The notes under the pieces were generated by a model that saw only the letters and a program-made list of their open reading frames with translations, made no database searches and had not been told where the DNA came from. Both the position numbers and the translations under genes were made by a program. A stretch of 64,000 bases of DNA from Octopus vulgaris (lineage: Eukaryota). The stretch spans positions 44,392,001-44,456,000 of the forward strand of contig OX597818.1 of the NCBI GenBank assembly GCA_951406725.2, given 5' to 3'. This document shows, piece after piece, positions 29,268-40,881 of the stretch. The first letter of the stretch is position 1. Each line of letters opens with the position of its first letter.

Positions 29268-29362
29268 AACAACAAACAAGATGAGGACAAATATCCGTCA
29301 AATGTACATAATTCCTCATCTCTCAAATATAGAACTGTACTAATGGAGATAATTGAACTTTT

Positions 29363-29409
<47 letters not shown>

Positions 29410-30022
29410 TGGTAGTCAAGAGCTCCATTAATAATAAGTTGTTAATCTCCAACATGTTATTGCATGGTAAATCCAAGTGGAACCAACTGGAATGTATATA
29501 CACAATCAGCTAAAATAATCCTTAAGAGCAATGAATATTTATAATAAAAGGCAGGAAAGCATAAGTTTCAGATGAATCTTAATTACATTCCTTAAAAGCT
29601 TTATTACAGGTAAACATTATTAATTCTATAATTACCTAATATATATATGATTAATATTAAATCAATGTTTATCTCAAATCATCAAGAATAATACCAACTA
29701 TGCTAGCTATAAGCCATTGCTGGTTTAAATACTAGCAATGGTCCATTCTGATGATTTGGCATAAGCATTGTGCCAAATTAATTCGATTTAAATTAATTCA
29801 TATTAATTATATATCAAAATTACATAACTATAGAATTAATGATGTTTGTTCCTAATGTAACAGCTATTTAAAGTAATTAACTTATGATCTATTTGTGAAA
29901 TTTCTGCATTTCTGCCTTCTCTGTCTCTGCCTATCTGTTTGACTCTCTCTCTTCCTCTCTATCTGTCTGTCTGTATGTATGTATGTATATGTGAATATCT
30001 ATTCATCTGTCCATATATATAT

Positions 30023-30300
30023 ATCATCATCATCATCATCATCATCGTTTAACATCTGTTTTCCACACTAGCATGGGTTGGACGGTTCGACCGGGGTCTG
30101 GGAAGCCAGGGGCTGCACCAGGCTCCAGTCTGATCTGGCAGAGTTTCTACAGCTGGATGCCCTTCCTAACGCCAACCACTCCGCGAGTGTAGTGGGTGCT
30201 TTTTACGTGCCACCTGCACAGGTGCCAGGGGGCTCCGGCATCGGCCATGATCGGTTGGAGCTTTTAACGTGCCACTGGCACGGAAGCCAGCCAAGGCGGT
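30023..30300 (-). mobile_element. Retroposon family C ((GAT)n tail; ggttggcgttaggaagggcatccagctgtagaaac motif)
   Basis: Many copies in the window. Confidence 0.85.
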
Positions 30301-30320
30301 GTTATATATATATATGTATA

Positions 30321-30364
<44 letters not shown>

Positions 30365-30373
<9 letters not shown>

Positions 30374-30715
30374 GGAAATTGTAGTTATGATACCCGTGCT
30401 GGTGACACATAAAAAGCACCACCCAAATGTGGGTGATGCCAGCACTGCCTTGCCTGGCTCCTGTGCCGGTGGCACATAAAAAGCACCATCCGATCGTGGC
30501 CGTTTGCCAGACTCGTCTGGCACCTGTGCCGGTGGCACATAAAAAGCACCCACTACACTCACGGAGTGGTTGGCGTTAGGAAGGGCATTCAGCTGTAGAA
30601 ACATTGCCAGATCAGACTGGAGCCTGGTGCAGCCTCCTGGCTTCTCAGACCCCAATCGAACCATCCAACCCATGCTAGCATGGAAAACAGACGTTAAACG
30701 ATGATGATGATGATG

Positions 30716-30716
<1 letters not shown>
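30365..30716 (+). mobile_element. Retroposon family C, inverted relative to 30023-30300
   Basis: Internal sub-repeats ggtggcacataaaaagcacc and a (GAT)n tail. Confidence 0.85.
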
Positions 30717-30748
<32 letters not shown>

Positions 30749-31107
30749 ATGTATATAAAAGTACAACCTATAATCTATAGTTGATTTAACAGCTGTCACA
30801 TTTCAAAAAACAAGTGGTAACAAAGTTTTAGTGGTGGTAAACCACAGAGAAACTGAATGTATTTTAGTATTACTTTTTTCTCTCTTTTGTCATCACTAAT
30901 TGATTAATTTTGTAGTTTGTAACAACAATCATATAATATTTCTAAGAATTGACTATTTATATAATCATTTTATGAAGCCAGAAATAGCCACAATAAACCA
31001 TTAAACAGAAACAAGAACTTATAATTAAGGGCACTTTACCACAGATAAGTAACTAATTGGCAACGGTTTGTAGCTGGGATGTGTTTATATAAATACGAAT
31101 TCAATTA

Positions 31108-31203
31108 AGGTTAAATGAGCCTAATTAAGGGATAGTATCATCCAATGAGTAACTGGTAAATGAGGTTAAATGAGCTTCATTAAGGGATGGTATCATCCAA
31201 TGA
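31108..31203. repeat. Two-copy direct repeat (aggttaaatgagc..attaagggat.gtatcatccaatga)
   Basis: 31108-31148 and 31163-31203. Confidence 0.85.
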
Positions 31204-31296
31204 AATACCTAATATTTGTTGTGAATAATAATATTCATAAAACAATAGGTTTATATATAAACCATGGTTTCTAATCATTCAAAAGACAGTAATATT

Positions 31297-31530
31297 CTCA
31301 GACCGGGCGTTGTGTGTGTTTATTGAGCGAAAACACCTAAAGCTCCACGATGCTCCGGCAGGGGGTGGTGGCGACCCCTGTTGTATTCTTTCGCCCCAAC
31401 TTTCTCTCACTCTTTCTTCCTGTTTCTTGAGCAATGCTGCGATGGACTGGCATCCTGTCTAGCTGGGAGGGAACACATAGGCCATAGAAACCGGGCCCAT
31501 GAGCCTGGCTAGGCTTGAAAAGGGCAAAAA
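31297..31530 (+). mobile_element. 5'-truncated SINE family D with a family-E type tail
   Basis: Family D body followed by gctgcgatggactggcatcctg...gggcccatgagcctggctaggc, which matches 15120-15210. Confidence 0.8.
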
Positions 31531-31806
31531 ATTGCAAAAAAAGATTTTATAGATTTCCAAACATTTCTCAATCCAACTATATGGAAGGTCATTAAATACC
31601 TTTTTGTAATCAGTCACAGAATGAAAATATTTTTGTGTTATTTATTGCAATCCTCTAGAATCATTTTATTAATTGAAAGTTGGTGCTTGCACCCATACAT
31701 GTTATGTTTACACCTTTTTTGCTTGGGAATATTTTATTATCCATTGGTATATCTGTATTCTGTAATAATGGATGTTAGTATTTTAAACATAGTAATAAAG
31801 CATGTT

Positions 31807-32310
31807 GTGGAGGCACAATGGCCCAGTGGTTAGGGCAGTGGATTCGCGGTTGTAGGATCGCGGTTTCAATTCCCAGCTCCCTTTTTTCTTTTTTACCTGG
31901 GTGACAATTGATTCAGTATGCATCTTCTTCACTAGGCATTTCCTATACATCTGCATACTGTCCTTATCACCAACAGAGTGCTTTTAAAGTGATCCGAACA
32001 TGTGAGGTTCCTGGGAAGCAGAAAGCCAAGTCTTGTTTTCCCTTTTAGCCCAAGTTACTATCATTATTTTTCATCATGTGAGTGTTTATTGAGCAAAAAC
32101 ACCTAAAGCTCCACAAGGCTCCGGCAGAGGATGGTGGTGATCCCTGCTGTACTCTTTCACCACGACTTTCTCTCACTCTTTCTTCTGTTGGCCTGCTCGC
32201 TTAGCCAGCGGAGTGGCGTCATTTAAAGGCTAAAACAATGCGGAGCGCATTGTGACCAGCGATGTGTAGCAACATCTGATGGCCTGGGTGATCATGTGAA
32301 TAAAGCATGT
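31807..32310 (+). mobile_element. SINE family D interrupted by a ~200-bp insert
   Basis: Head at 31807-31876; the body resumes at about 32078. Confidence 0.8.
31877..32075 (+). repeat. Copy of the block at about 34120-34310
   Basis: tgacaattgattcagtatgca...cccttttagcccaagtt is shared with few mismatches. Confidence 0.9.
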
Positions 32311-32685
32311 TATTGGTAGGTAGCTTTTGTGTGGGGAGGGGCGCAGGGTAATTAGTTTCATCACCTTTGGGGAGTAAGTTACTCCATTTACCAACCAAGG
32401 AAGGATTTTCTCAGGGCCATGCATAATGTTGTATACCGATCGACCACTTTCTCACAGGATTTACAGAGAGTATTTAGCCAGAAGTTAGAGATTCTATCTT
32501 GTTCAGGTGATCTCCATCTAATAGATTTTTCTCAGTTCTGAGATCTTTTCCATATTTGCTCTTTAATGCATTCAAGGTCACTGATTTGCTGATGAACCCA
32601 GGAGCATCATGATTATATTCTTTGGGATTCAGTCAGATTGATTTCCAAAACTTTTGCGGTATGTCCTTAGTGGTTTTAACTGCCA

Positions 32686-32890
32686 CGAGGTGATGAGCTG
32701 GCAGGAACGTTAGCACACCAAGTAAAATGCTTTGCGGTATTTCATCTACCGCTACATTCTGAGTTCAAATTCCACTGAGGTTGACTTTGCCTTTCATCCT
32801 TTCAGGGTTGATTAAATAAATACCAGTTATGCACTGGGGCCAATATAATTGACTTAATCCGTTTGTCTGTCCTTGTTTGTCCCCTCTATG
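32686..32890 (+). mobile_element. SINE family B
   Basis: Match to 13670-13900. Confidence 0.85.
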
Positions 32891-33179
32891 TAGATATAAG
32901 GTTTTGCAATTTTTCAATAGAAGTTTTTAAGATTGTTTCAGAACATACTGTTATCCTTGAGGGACTTCAATTTTTTTCTTGAACCACCTTAAATGTGCCA
33001 CTTAAGCCTGAACAATTTGCTTGACTTTTCTTGATTACTTCATTGATTTTCACTTACCCTTTTCTTGTGTTTTCTTTATACATCATAATTTTTGTTATCT
33101 TAACATTTTGTTTGCTTTCAATATTTTTAAGTATTTCGGTTTCAGAACAGAGTACATTAATTTTATTTTTTAAATGTCC

Positions 33180-33615
33180 ATTGTCTGTGTGGTAAGTAGC
33201 TTGCTTACAAACTACATGGTTCTGGGTTCAGTTCCACTGTGTGACACCTTGGGCAAGTGTCTTCTACTACAGCCTTGGGCCAACCAAAACCTTGTGAGTG
33301 GATTTGGTAGACAGAAACTGAAAGAAGCATGTTGTATGTATATATATATATATATATATATACATATATATATGTGTGTGTGTGTGTATGTGTGTGTTTG
33401 CATATGTTTGTGTGTCTGTGTTTGTCCGCCAACATCACTTGACAACCGATGCTGGTGTGTTTACGTCCCCATAACTTAACAGTTCAGCAAAAGTGACTGA
33501 TAGAATAAGTACTAGGCTTACAAACAATAAGTCCTGGGGTTGATGTGCTTGACTAAAGGTGATGCTCCAGCATGGCCACAGTCAAATGACTGAAACAAGT
33601 TAAAGAGTAAAAGAG
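33180..33615 (+). mobile_element. SINE family A
   Basis: Match to 59041-59443. Confidence 0.88.
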
Positions 33616-34324
33616 TATGCTAGTTTCCTGTTTATATGTTTAGTTTTTCTCTTTATTCAAATTCTATGCAGTGCCATTGTTATTGAAGCATAGTGTAGAT
33701 TATTCAGTGAGGTAAGATCCACATCATTTTTCATTCAAGAGGGATTTTATTGTTGTATTTACCTTATATATTATTCCAAGACAACAGTTTATTCTTTATG
33801 ATGTTCCTGCAAACATTAGTCAATTTATTGGTAGGGGTTTTCTCTCTCTTCAGTTTAAGTACTTTTGTTCCATATTAGATCTATTGGTGGAATATATATT
33901 GCAGTGTAATAGACCCCTAGAACATCCGTGTTTTCCTCCCTAATCCATTTTTGCCTAGTTTTAACTTTACCAGATAAAAATAGTAAACATGAAGAGCCAT
34001 TGTTTGGAATTATCCTGCAACAGGGACTCCTTGTGACTCTGTTTTGGGAAGAGGTCAAACCATTAGCAAGTGTTTCGACCTTGGACTAGACTGGTTTGAC
34101 TCTAGGGGACACAGCCCACTTTTTGTTTTTTTTTACCTGCATGACAATTGATTCAGTATGCACCTTCTTCACTAGGCATTTCCTATACATCTGCATACTG
34201 TCCTTATCACCAACAGAGTGCTTTTAAAGTGATCCAAACATGTGAGGTTCCTGGGAAGTAGGAAGCCAAGTTTTGTTTTCCCTTTTAGCCCAAGTTGCTA
34301 TTATTATTTTTCCTCCTCCTCCTC

Positions 34325-34558
34325 CTCATCATCATCGTTTAACGTCCGCTTTCCATGCTAGCGTGGGTTGGACGGTTCGACCAGGGTCTGGGAAGCCAGG
34401 AGACTGCACCAGGCTCCAGTCTGATCTGGCAGTGTTTCTACAGCTGGATGCCCTTCCTAACGCCAACCACTCCGTGAGTGTAGTGGGTGCTTTTTACATG
34501 TCAGGCGAGGCTGGCAACGGCCATGATTGGTTGGTGTTTTTTACATGCCACCGGCACA
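34325..34558 (-). mobile_element. Retroposon family C
   Basis: Match to 30023-30300. Confidence 0.85.
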
Positions 34559-35575
34559 AATGATAATATTTCATAGTATCGCATGAGTTTCTGGCATTAT
34601 TGTGCACAACTCAACATCATGCACCTCAGTTGCATAAAGTGATTAGATATTTGATTTTTATAATACTGTTTGTAAACATGTATCTATGTAGATGTGGGTC
34701 AATGCTACTAATTGTAGATTTTGTGCTCACAAGATATCTATGTGATGCCATTATTAAATGTTCAAAGATACCAGTTTCAAGAAACTGGGTTTAGAACAGT
34801 CATAGGCAAAGAAGGAAGTGGAAATAGAGGAAGAAAGGGAGAAACAGGCAATCAGACATACAGAAAGACAAAACATAGAAAGACATAAATATCATTGATC
34901 TACAAATAGATTCAGTAGAAATTCACAGAAAAAGAAAAGAGATAATAGAAAAGATGATTAAAATTTAAAACATGTTATTGATTTCTTGTTTGTTCTATGA
35001 TAGAGCTATCACACACACACACACACATTTTGGTTTTAAAACTTAAACCATAGGATGACAGCTCACTGGGCTTCTTTTTAAAAAAAATATTTTTTCCTAG
35101 TTCTTGTGGTACTAAATTATTGGAATACACAGCCAGTCCTAGAGAATGACTGGTCCAAACAGATCATTAAACTAGGATACAGTAAGTTTTCACAATATGA
35201 TTTTTTTTTTTTTAAGTTTCAGCTCAGAGCTGCGGCCATATGTATAATTACATAAACCATCATTAGTAACAGAATTATTTTTGACTCTCCATTTTGTGTC
35301 ATTAAAACACTTTGTTTTGTAAAGTAAAAACAATAGAATGTAACAAAACTAATGATGTTTTGTGTTGGCAAAATGTAATATGAATATTTCATGCAGTGGA
35401 ATAAAGAGCATCAAATTATTCCAACATTTGTTATGAATGATTTGAACTACATTCATAGAAAGGGGTCATATATACCAGATTTCTCTGTACATTTGCTGTG
35501 ATTAAGCTTATGAATCCTTATTTGATGCAGGGTTTCAATGCTCTTAACCAACAAACTATGACCACATAATACATA

Positions 35576-35810
35576 TTTATTTCTTTACTACCCACAAGGG
35601 GCTAAACACAGAAGGGACAAACAAGGACAGACAAATGGATTAAGTCGATTATATTGATCCCAGTGCATAACTGGTATTTATTTAATCGACCCCGAAAGGA
35701 TGAAAGGCAAAGTCAGCCTCGGCGGAATTTGAACTCAGAACATAACAGCAGATGAGATACTACTAAGCATTTTGCCCAGCGTGCTAATGTTTCTGCCAGC
35801 TCGCCGCCTT
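35576..35810 (-). mobile_element. SINE family B
   Basis: Reverse-complement match to family B. Confidence 0.88.
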
Positions 35811-36174
35811 TACAATCATATATATGTCAACTTGAGTCATAATTAAACCCCTGCATTTAACCAAGCAAAAAACCAGATTTATTTGCTGGATTCTCAGCCA
35901 GTGCTACTTGTGCAGGCTTTTTATATCTGCAGTTTTCATAATTTTCAAAATGTAGGTTTACAAAACAAAAAAAATATTTGGTTAAAAGTTTGAAAATTCA
36001 CTTCATCAGTAATAATAACGACTTATTAAAAAAAAACAAAAACATTTATATACGTATGTGAGTGTTTCTGTTTCAATACATGCCACACACAGGCATACAT
36101 TAACACACTCATACATGATAATACACTTATATAAACATACTCACAGACATGTATAAACACATATATACATTATA

Positions 36175-37030
36175 AGAGGCCTGATCAATAAGTATCCGGG
36201 TTGTTGCCATAGTAACGAAGCTGAAGTACCCAGAATAAAGCTGCTTGGCATAGATTGACCTTGAACTCTGCTGTGCATGCGCACTAAGTTTTACCATTCT
36301 AGCTCATGCTGTTTACAGCAGTGCTTGGAAGGAAGGTGTGTAGCGTGTGATCATAGCATTGACCATGACAGAGAAAGTTGTCATGGCGATGCATGCTCAG
36401 AGGTCAACACAAAGTTGCAGAAAGTTTATGGAGAGGGGTGTATGAGCCACACACAAGTGTACAAGTGTTTCAGACGTTTCCAAGATGAGAGACCTGCAAC
36501 CAGCAGAACTGAGAAAAACATCACAGATGTGCATGCAGCTGTGAGGGGAAATCGTCAGATTACCATCTGTGAGTTATCAGAGAATGTGCAGATTAGTTAC
36601 GGTTCATTTCAGTCCATTATCACTGAAGATTTGGGTATGAGACACTTGTCTGCAAAGTTTGTACCAAAACTGCTTTCAGCTGACCAAAAAGACACTCGAA
36701 TTTCAGTTGCACATGATCTCCTTGATTGTATTGAGAACAATGAAAACTTTTTGAAAACTCTGTGTAGGCTTCTGAGCAGGTATCACCAGGCTTTTGGCAA
36801 AATTTGATGCAGATTCTCTTCTCAATTTTCTCTGTCATGGTTACTGCGACGATTACACACAACACATGTTCCTTCCAGGCACTGCTGTAAATGGTGGAAG
36901 TGAACTAGAATGTTTAAACCTAGTGTGTATGCACAGCAGAGTTCAAGGTCAATCTGTGCCAAGCTGCTTTCCTCTGGTGCTTTAGCTTCGTTACTATGGC
37001 AACAGTCTGGATACTTATTGATCAGACTAC
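36175..37030 (+). mobile_element. Non-autonomous mariner derivative whose 3' end is replaced by an inverted copy of the 5' end
   Basis: About 36180-36400 is inverted at about 36770-37030. The internal N-terminal transposase reads LQKVYGEGCMSHTQVYKCFRRF...LGMRHLSAKFVPKLLS, and the minus-strand arm encodes MTEKIEKRICIKFCQK. No catalytic domain. Confidence 0.85.
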
Positions 37031-37160
37031 ACACACACACACACATATATTTATTTATTCACACACACACACACACACACACATTATCAGTAGTTCACAT
37101 ATCTGAAAACGAAGCACACTCTAAGATATTAGAGCAGTAATATATTTAGAAGGTTATTTA

Positions 37161-37290
37161 TTATGGTCAGTCAGAGAGCGACCATTGGTTTCACACATAT
37201 AAGGTATGTAGCTGTATAGGCAACTCCTATGAGTTGCCTATGAGCACTTTATAGGTGTGAAACTAATGGTTGCTCTTTGACTGGCCATAA
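37161..37290. repeat. 130-nt fold-back hairpin
   Basis: Outer arms ttatggtcagtcagagagcgaccattggtttcacacatataa and ttataggtgtgaaactaatggttgctctttgactggccataa. Inner perfect stem ataggcaactc-ctat-gagttgcctat. Confidence 0.75.
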
Positions 37291-37781
37291 CAAAACTACA
37301 TTCTAAATATATACGTTTACATACACACATACAGAATGAGATGATTGGGTGTGGCTGCTGTTTGGCCATTCAATATGTTTTGACAGCAGTATGTTTTGAC
37401 ACTGGAGGCACCCATCCACACAGGCACATGCAGGAATACACACATACAGATAGAGAGTAAGAGAGAGAGAAAGAGAAACATTACACATATGAACAAACAT
37501 AATTAGACACTCACATACATAAACAAAGAGAAACAGGGAGAGAAACAACATTAAAACGGTTGATGTCAAGTAAGTCAGCATCAAATCAGTGACACCAAAT
37601 GAGTGACGCCAAAATGGCTATGCCGAAACATCACATACTCACTTATACAGACACACTCACATTCACGCATATGCATATATGTATATGTATATATATAATA
37701 CATTACATACACACTCATAGGTACACATAAACACACATAACTTTTCAAAAGACTAATATTAGTTACTACTAAGTACAAATT

Positions 37782-37984
37782 TCAGACATCCACCTTTTCT
37801 AGACCCATGAGGGTCCTTTTTTTGGTCAAACTAAAAAGAGCATAACTGCAATGACAAGTGATAATATGTAACCGATATTGGGATGTAGCATGATCATAAT
37901 GGTTTTTGGAATGGAGAAGAAAACATGACAGACTAGTTTCTAAAGGAAAAGCGGAGACTAAACCTACTGCAAAATGACGAGCTT
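37782..37984 (-). CDS. Candidate downstream or terminal exon (phase 1); a shorter exon using an internal donor is also possible
   Basis: Strong acceptor tttctcttttatttctttgttttacatgtgtttag|AAGCTCG. Reads (E)ARHFAVGLVSAFPLETS...GLEKVDV*, in frame with the 51-nt exon. Confidence 0.28.
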
Positions 37985-38308
37985 CTAAACACATGTAAAA
38001 CAAAGAAATAAAAGAGAAACTAAATGGTTAGTCTTTTCCAGCAAGCACTCTAGTTTGTTCATGCCAATGCTATTAGTAGAAAACTTCTAAGTTGTTGGAT
38101 TCAAACACCATTACCACCACCATTGAAAAAAAAAAAAAATGTAAGAAACCATACTACATGGGTTGAGAAAAAATGTTACAAAGAAACAAAAAAAAAAAAA
38201 AATGAAAAATTACCAAACCCAAGCCAAAAGCTATTTGAAAGGAAAGCAAAATACAACCAGGATTAAAAACATGATGCATCGATGCTGCAGCTGGGCAGAC
38301 TTACATAC

Positions 38309-38359
38309 CTTCATCTTTCTTTCTGGGGAATTTTTCTTTTTGCTTCGATGTAGGTGCTT
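38309..38359 (-). CDS. Candidate internal coding exon (51 nt, phase 1-1)
   Basis: ctctcttgatatcaacag|AAGCACC...GATGAAG|gtatgt. Reads (E)APTSKQKEKFPRKKDE, in frame with the 46299-46463 exon. Confidence 0.45.
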
Positions 38360-39081
38360 CTGTTGATATCAAGAGAGTATATTATGATAAAACATCAAGA
38401 TTTTAAGAGCGTTTTTGTGATTTCATATCAGGAATATCATGCTATAAATGATCATTGGTAGATAATTAATTGTAATGGGATGTGTATATATTATTTGTAG
38501 AAGTATTTAATTAGTAGCAGTATGTTAATTATAACATACTTTTCATAGTGAAATGATAATAGCAAATATCATTTAATTTTACAGCCAACCAGTAGTTGTA
38601 TCAAAGGAATAATTACATGATTATAAGACTAGAGGTGATACAATATAAATGACACTTTGTCAGTAACGATCTAAGGTAATTCCATCATATTTCAATAGTA
38701 ATTTATTTTACCTGAAATTAAAAAAAAAAATTGTCTAATTTTTGGGAAAAAAACCCCAAAACAAAGGATATTGTTTTTCTGAAAATATACTTAACAATAT
38801 TCTCAAAAAATGTAATTTAAATTTGGTTGTGTAAATCTTCCAATTTTGTAGAAGCAAAAAACACTTTCAGAAGGAAAAGTTTGCTGAAAGGAAGCGAAAT
38901 AATGTTTTACCAAATTTGATTTCAATTTTGAAACACCTGTGTTGCAACAGAATAGAAATGTCATTTTCTTCTAAAACATTTTCTCAATTTATCCTCAATA
39001 ATTTTACATTTTTTACCACATTGGTAGGTTTGCAGCATTGACTTTTCCAGTTCTAGTTACATTCTTTTCTGAAGTTTAAAT

Positions 39082-39223
39082 CACGAGCAAACTGCAGCCC
39101 ACGGGACTTTCTGATTGACATGCCAATAAAAAAATTACTTTGAATTTTTTTAGAAGAATGGCTCACTTGATGATGAGCAATGTCTCATGTGGCCTGCCTT
39201 TCAAAAAATGTTGTCCATGTCTG
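39082..39223. mobile_element. Decayed hAT MITE
   Basis: 8-bp TSD gtttaaat on both sides; ends ca..gcaaactgcagccc / ttgtccatgtctg. Confidence 0.55.
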
Positions 39224-40762
39224 GTTTAAATCTTATGTTATGCATGTATTTTGCTTCAATTTATCCTTCAGAGAAATGAATTTCCATTTGGTTTGTCTTT
39301 ACTTTTAAAAGTTAAAATACTATGTAATCATTTGCTGTGATTATTTGTCATTTTGGATCATTACAGACATTGCATTTCAGTAGTAAAGATCCTTGTCAGA
39401 AATATTTTACTTGCTTTTGTCAATGAAACTAATGCCAGTATGTCACATATCACAAGTGACTTTGGATAATGTAAATGCCTTATAATTTAAGTATCATTCA
39501 GTAGGTGCTAACATAAAATGTAGACAGAAAATAATGAATGATTAAATATTTTTATCCAATATCTTGCCAATAGAATTTAATAAATGGAAACTGCAGATAT
39601 ACGCATATGTGTATATGTGGGTGGGGTGTCAGTATTTATGAATTTGGAACATGAAACCACTGGTTACGAACAAACCTTAAATGTTTTGATTCCAAATGGT
39701 AACTTAGCAGCCAGATAAAATAAGTACAAAACTAAATTAAGGATTGGGGCCACTTTGATCAACTAAGAACCCATTAAAGTGGTGTGTTAGCATGGCTACT
39801 GACCAAATACTGAAACTAATACAAAAATAAAATAAAAGAATATGATAGTTGAATGACTTCATGAAACTGATTGATATTGAAATAGATAGAGCAAGATTAA
39901 TTAAAGAAAAGTAGTGATAAAATACTGATAAAATACCCTCTCTTATATAAAAAGTATAAAACATCACAAAGAAAGAAGGAGCTACACTTAGAAAGTGAAG
40001 TCATAAATTTCTACTCAGAATGGAAATTTGTTGGCAAGAGATCATCACTTCGCTCATTTCAAAGTTTAAATTTAGTTTACCATTCTCCTGTATATAGACA
40101 TACACCAAAATTGAAATGAAAGACAAACGTTTAAAACTGTAGAATAAAATAAAGTACTGTTGTTTTTAAGAATACTTTGAGATTTTCTGTAAAGTTATTT
40201 TGGATTCTATTTCAATTTAAGATAAGAAATAGAAGCAAACAGTCCCTGAATCAAGCTAATAGATAATGATATTATTTCAAATGTAATTATTGATAAATCA
40301 ATGTAAATAAAATTAGAAATAGCAATGTAAGAAATGCCATAGAGATATTGACATTTTATTAAAATAGCATTCAATGCCATTCTCTGAATGACATTGGGTT
40401 TTGAAAGACTATCCTGCGTTTTTAACATGGGACTAGAGTTCAGCTACAACATTTTGAATATATCCACACTGAAGATATTTGAGGCCTGATTAAGAATTTC
40501 AGAATGAAACAGACAAGAATCTACAGGATTCTAAAAACATTTCCTGAGACCGAAATTGCATTAATATGGTTGTTGAAATACTTTAGTAATTCTATATGGA
40601 CTACAAAAGATTTAATGTTTTTCCAAATTAATGAAAGCTAAAACATTTTGAAGATATGTTTTGGAAAATAAAGAAATTGTATTAAAAACTGACATGTCCA
40701 AGGAAATATAAAGAATTTGTTCCATGATTGTTGCTGATTTTATCATTAAATGAAGTTTTATA

Positions 40763-40881
40763 TTAAAATAGACACATATACCACTTGAGAACATCAACAT
40801 ATTTTTCTATTTTGTCTTCAAGTTGTATTTTGAAGAGATCATAAAGTTCCCGTGAAGATGAAGGAAAATGCAATGTTATAC
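40763..40881 (-). CDS. Weak candidate alternative terminal exon (phase 1)
   Basis: gtgttcttcagaatgtttcag|GTATAAC gives (G)ITLHFPSSSRELYDLFKIQLEDKIEKYVDVLKWYMCLF*, open in very AT-rich DNA. Confidence 0.18.

Larger units (their letters stand above)
28945..29312. mobile_element. Fold-back Penelope-like remnant with ~106-bp inverted arms around an (AAT)n tract
   Basis: 28945-29050 is the near reverse complement of 29207-29312, and each arm carries a hammerhead motif. Confidence 0.65.

Noticed and set aside
31877-32075. Possible HDV-like ribozyme on the minus strand of the duplicated block
   Set aside because: I could not assemble the P1-P4 double pseudoknot by eye.
32440-34100. Possible old minus-strand LINE endonuclease region
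   Set aside because: No clear motif could be recovered.
36277-36807. 176-aa ORF as a functional gene
   Set aside because: It is a deleted mariner N-terminus fused to UTR and inverted-arm sequence, with no catalytic triad.
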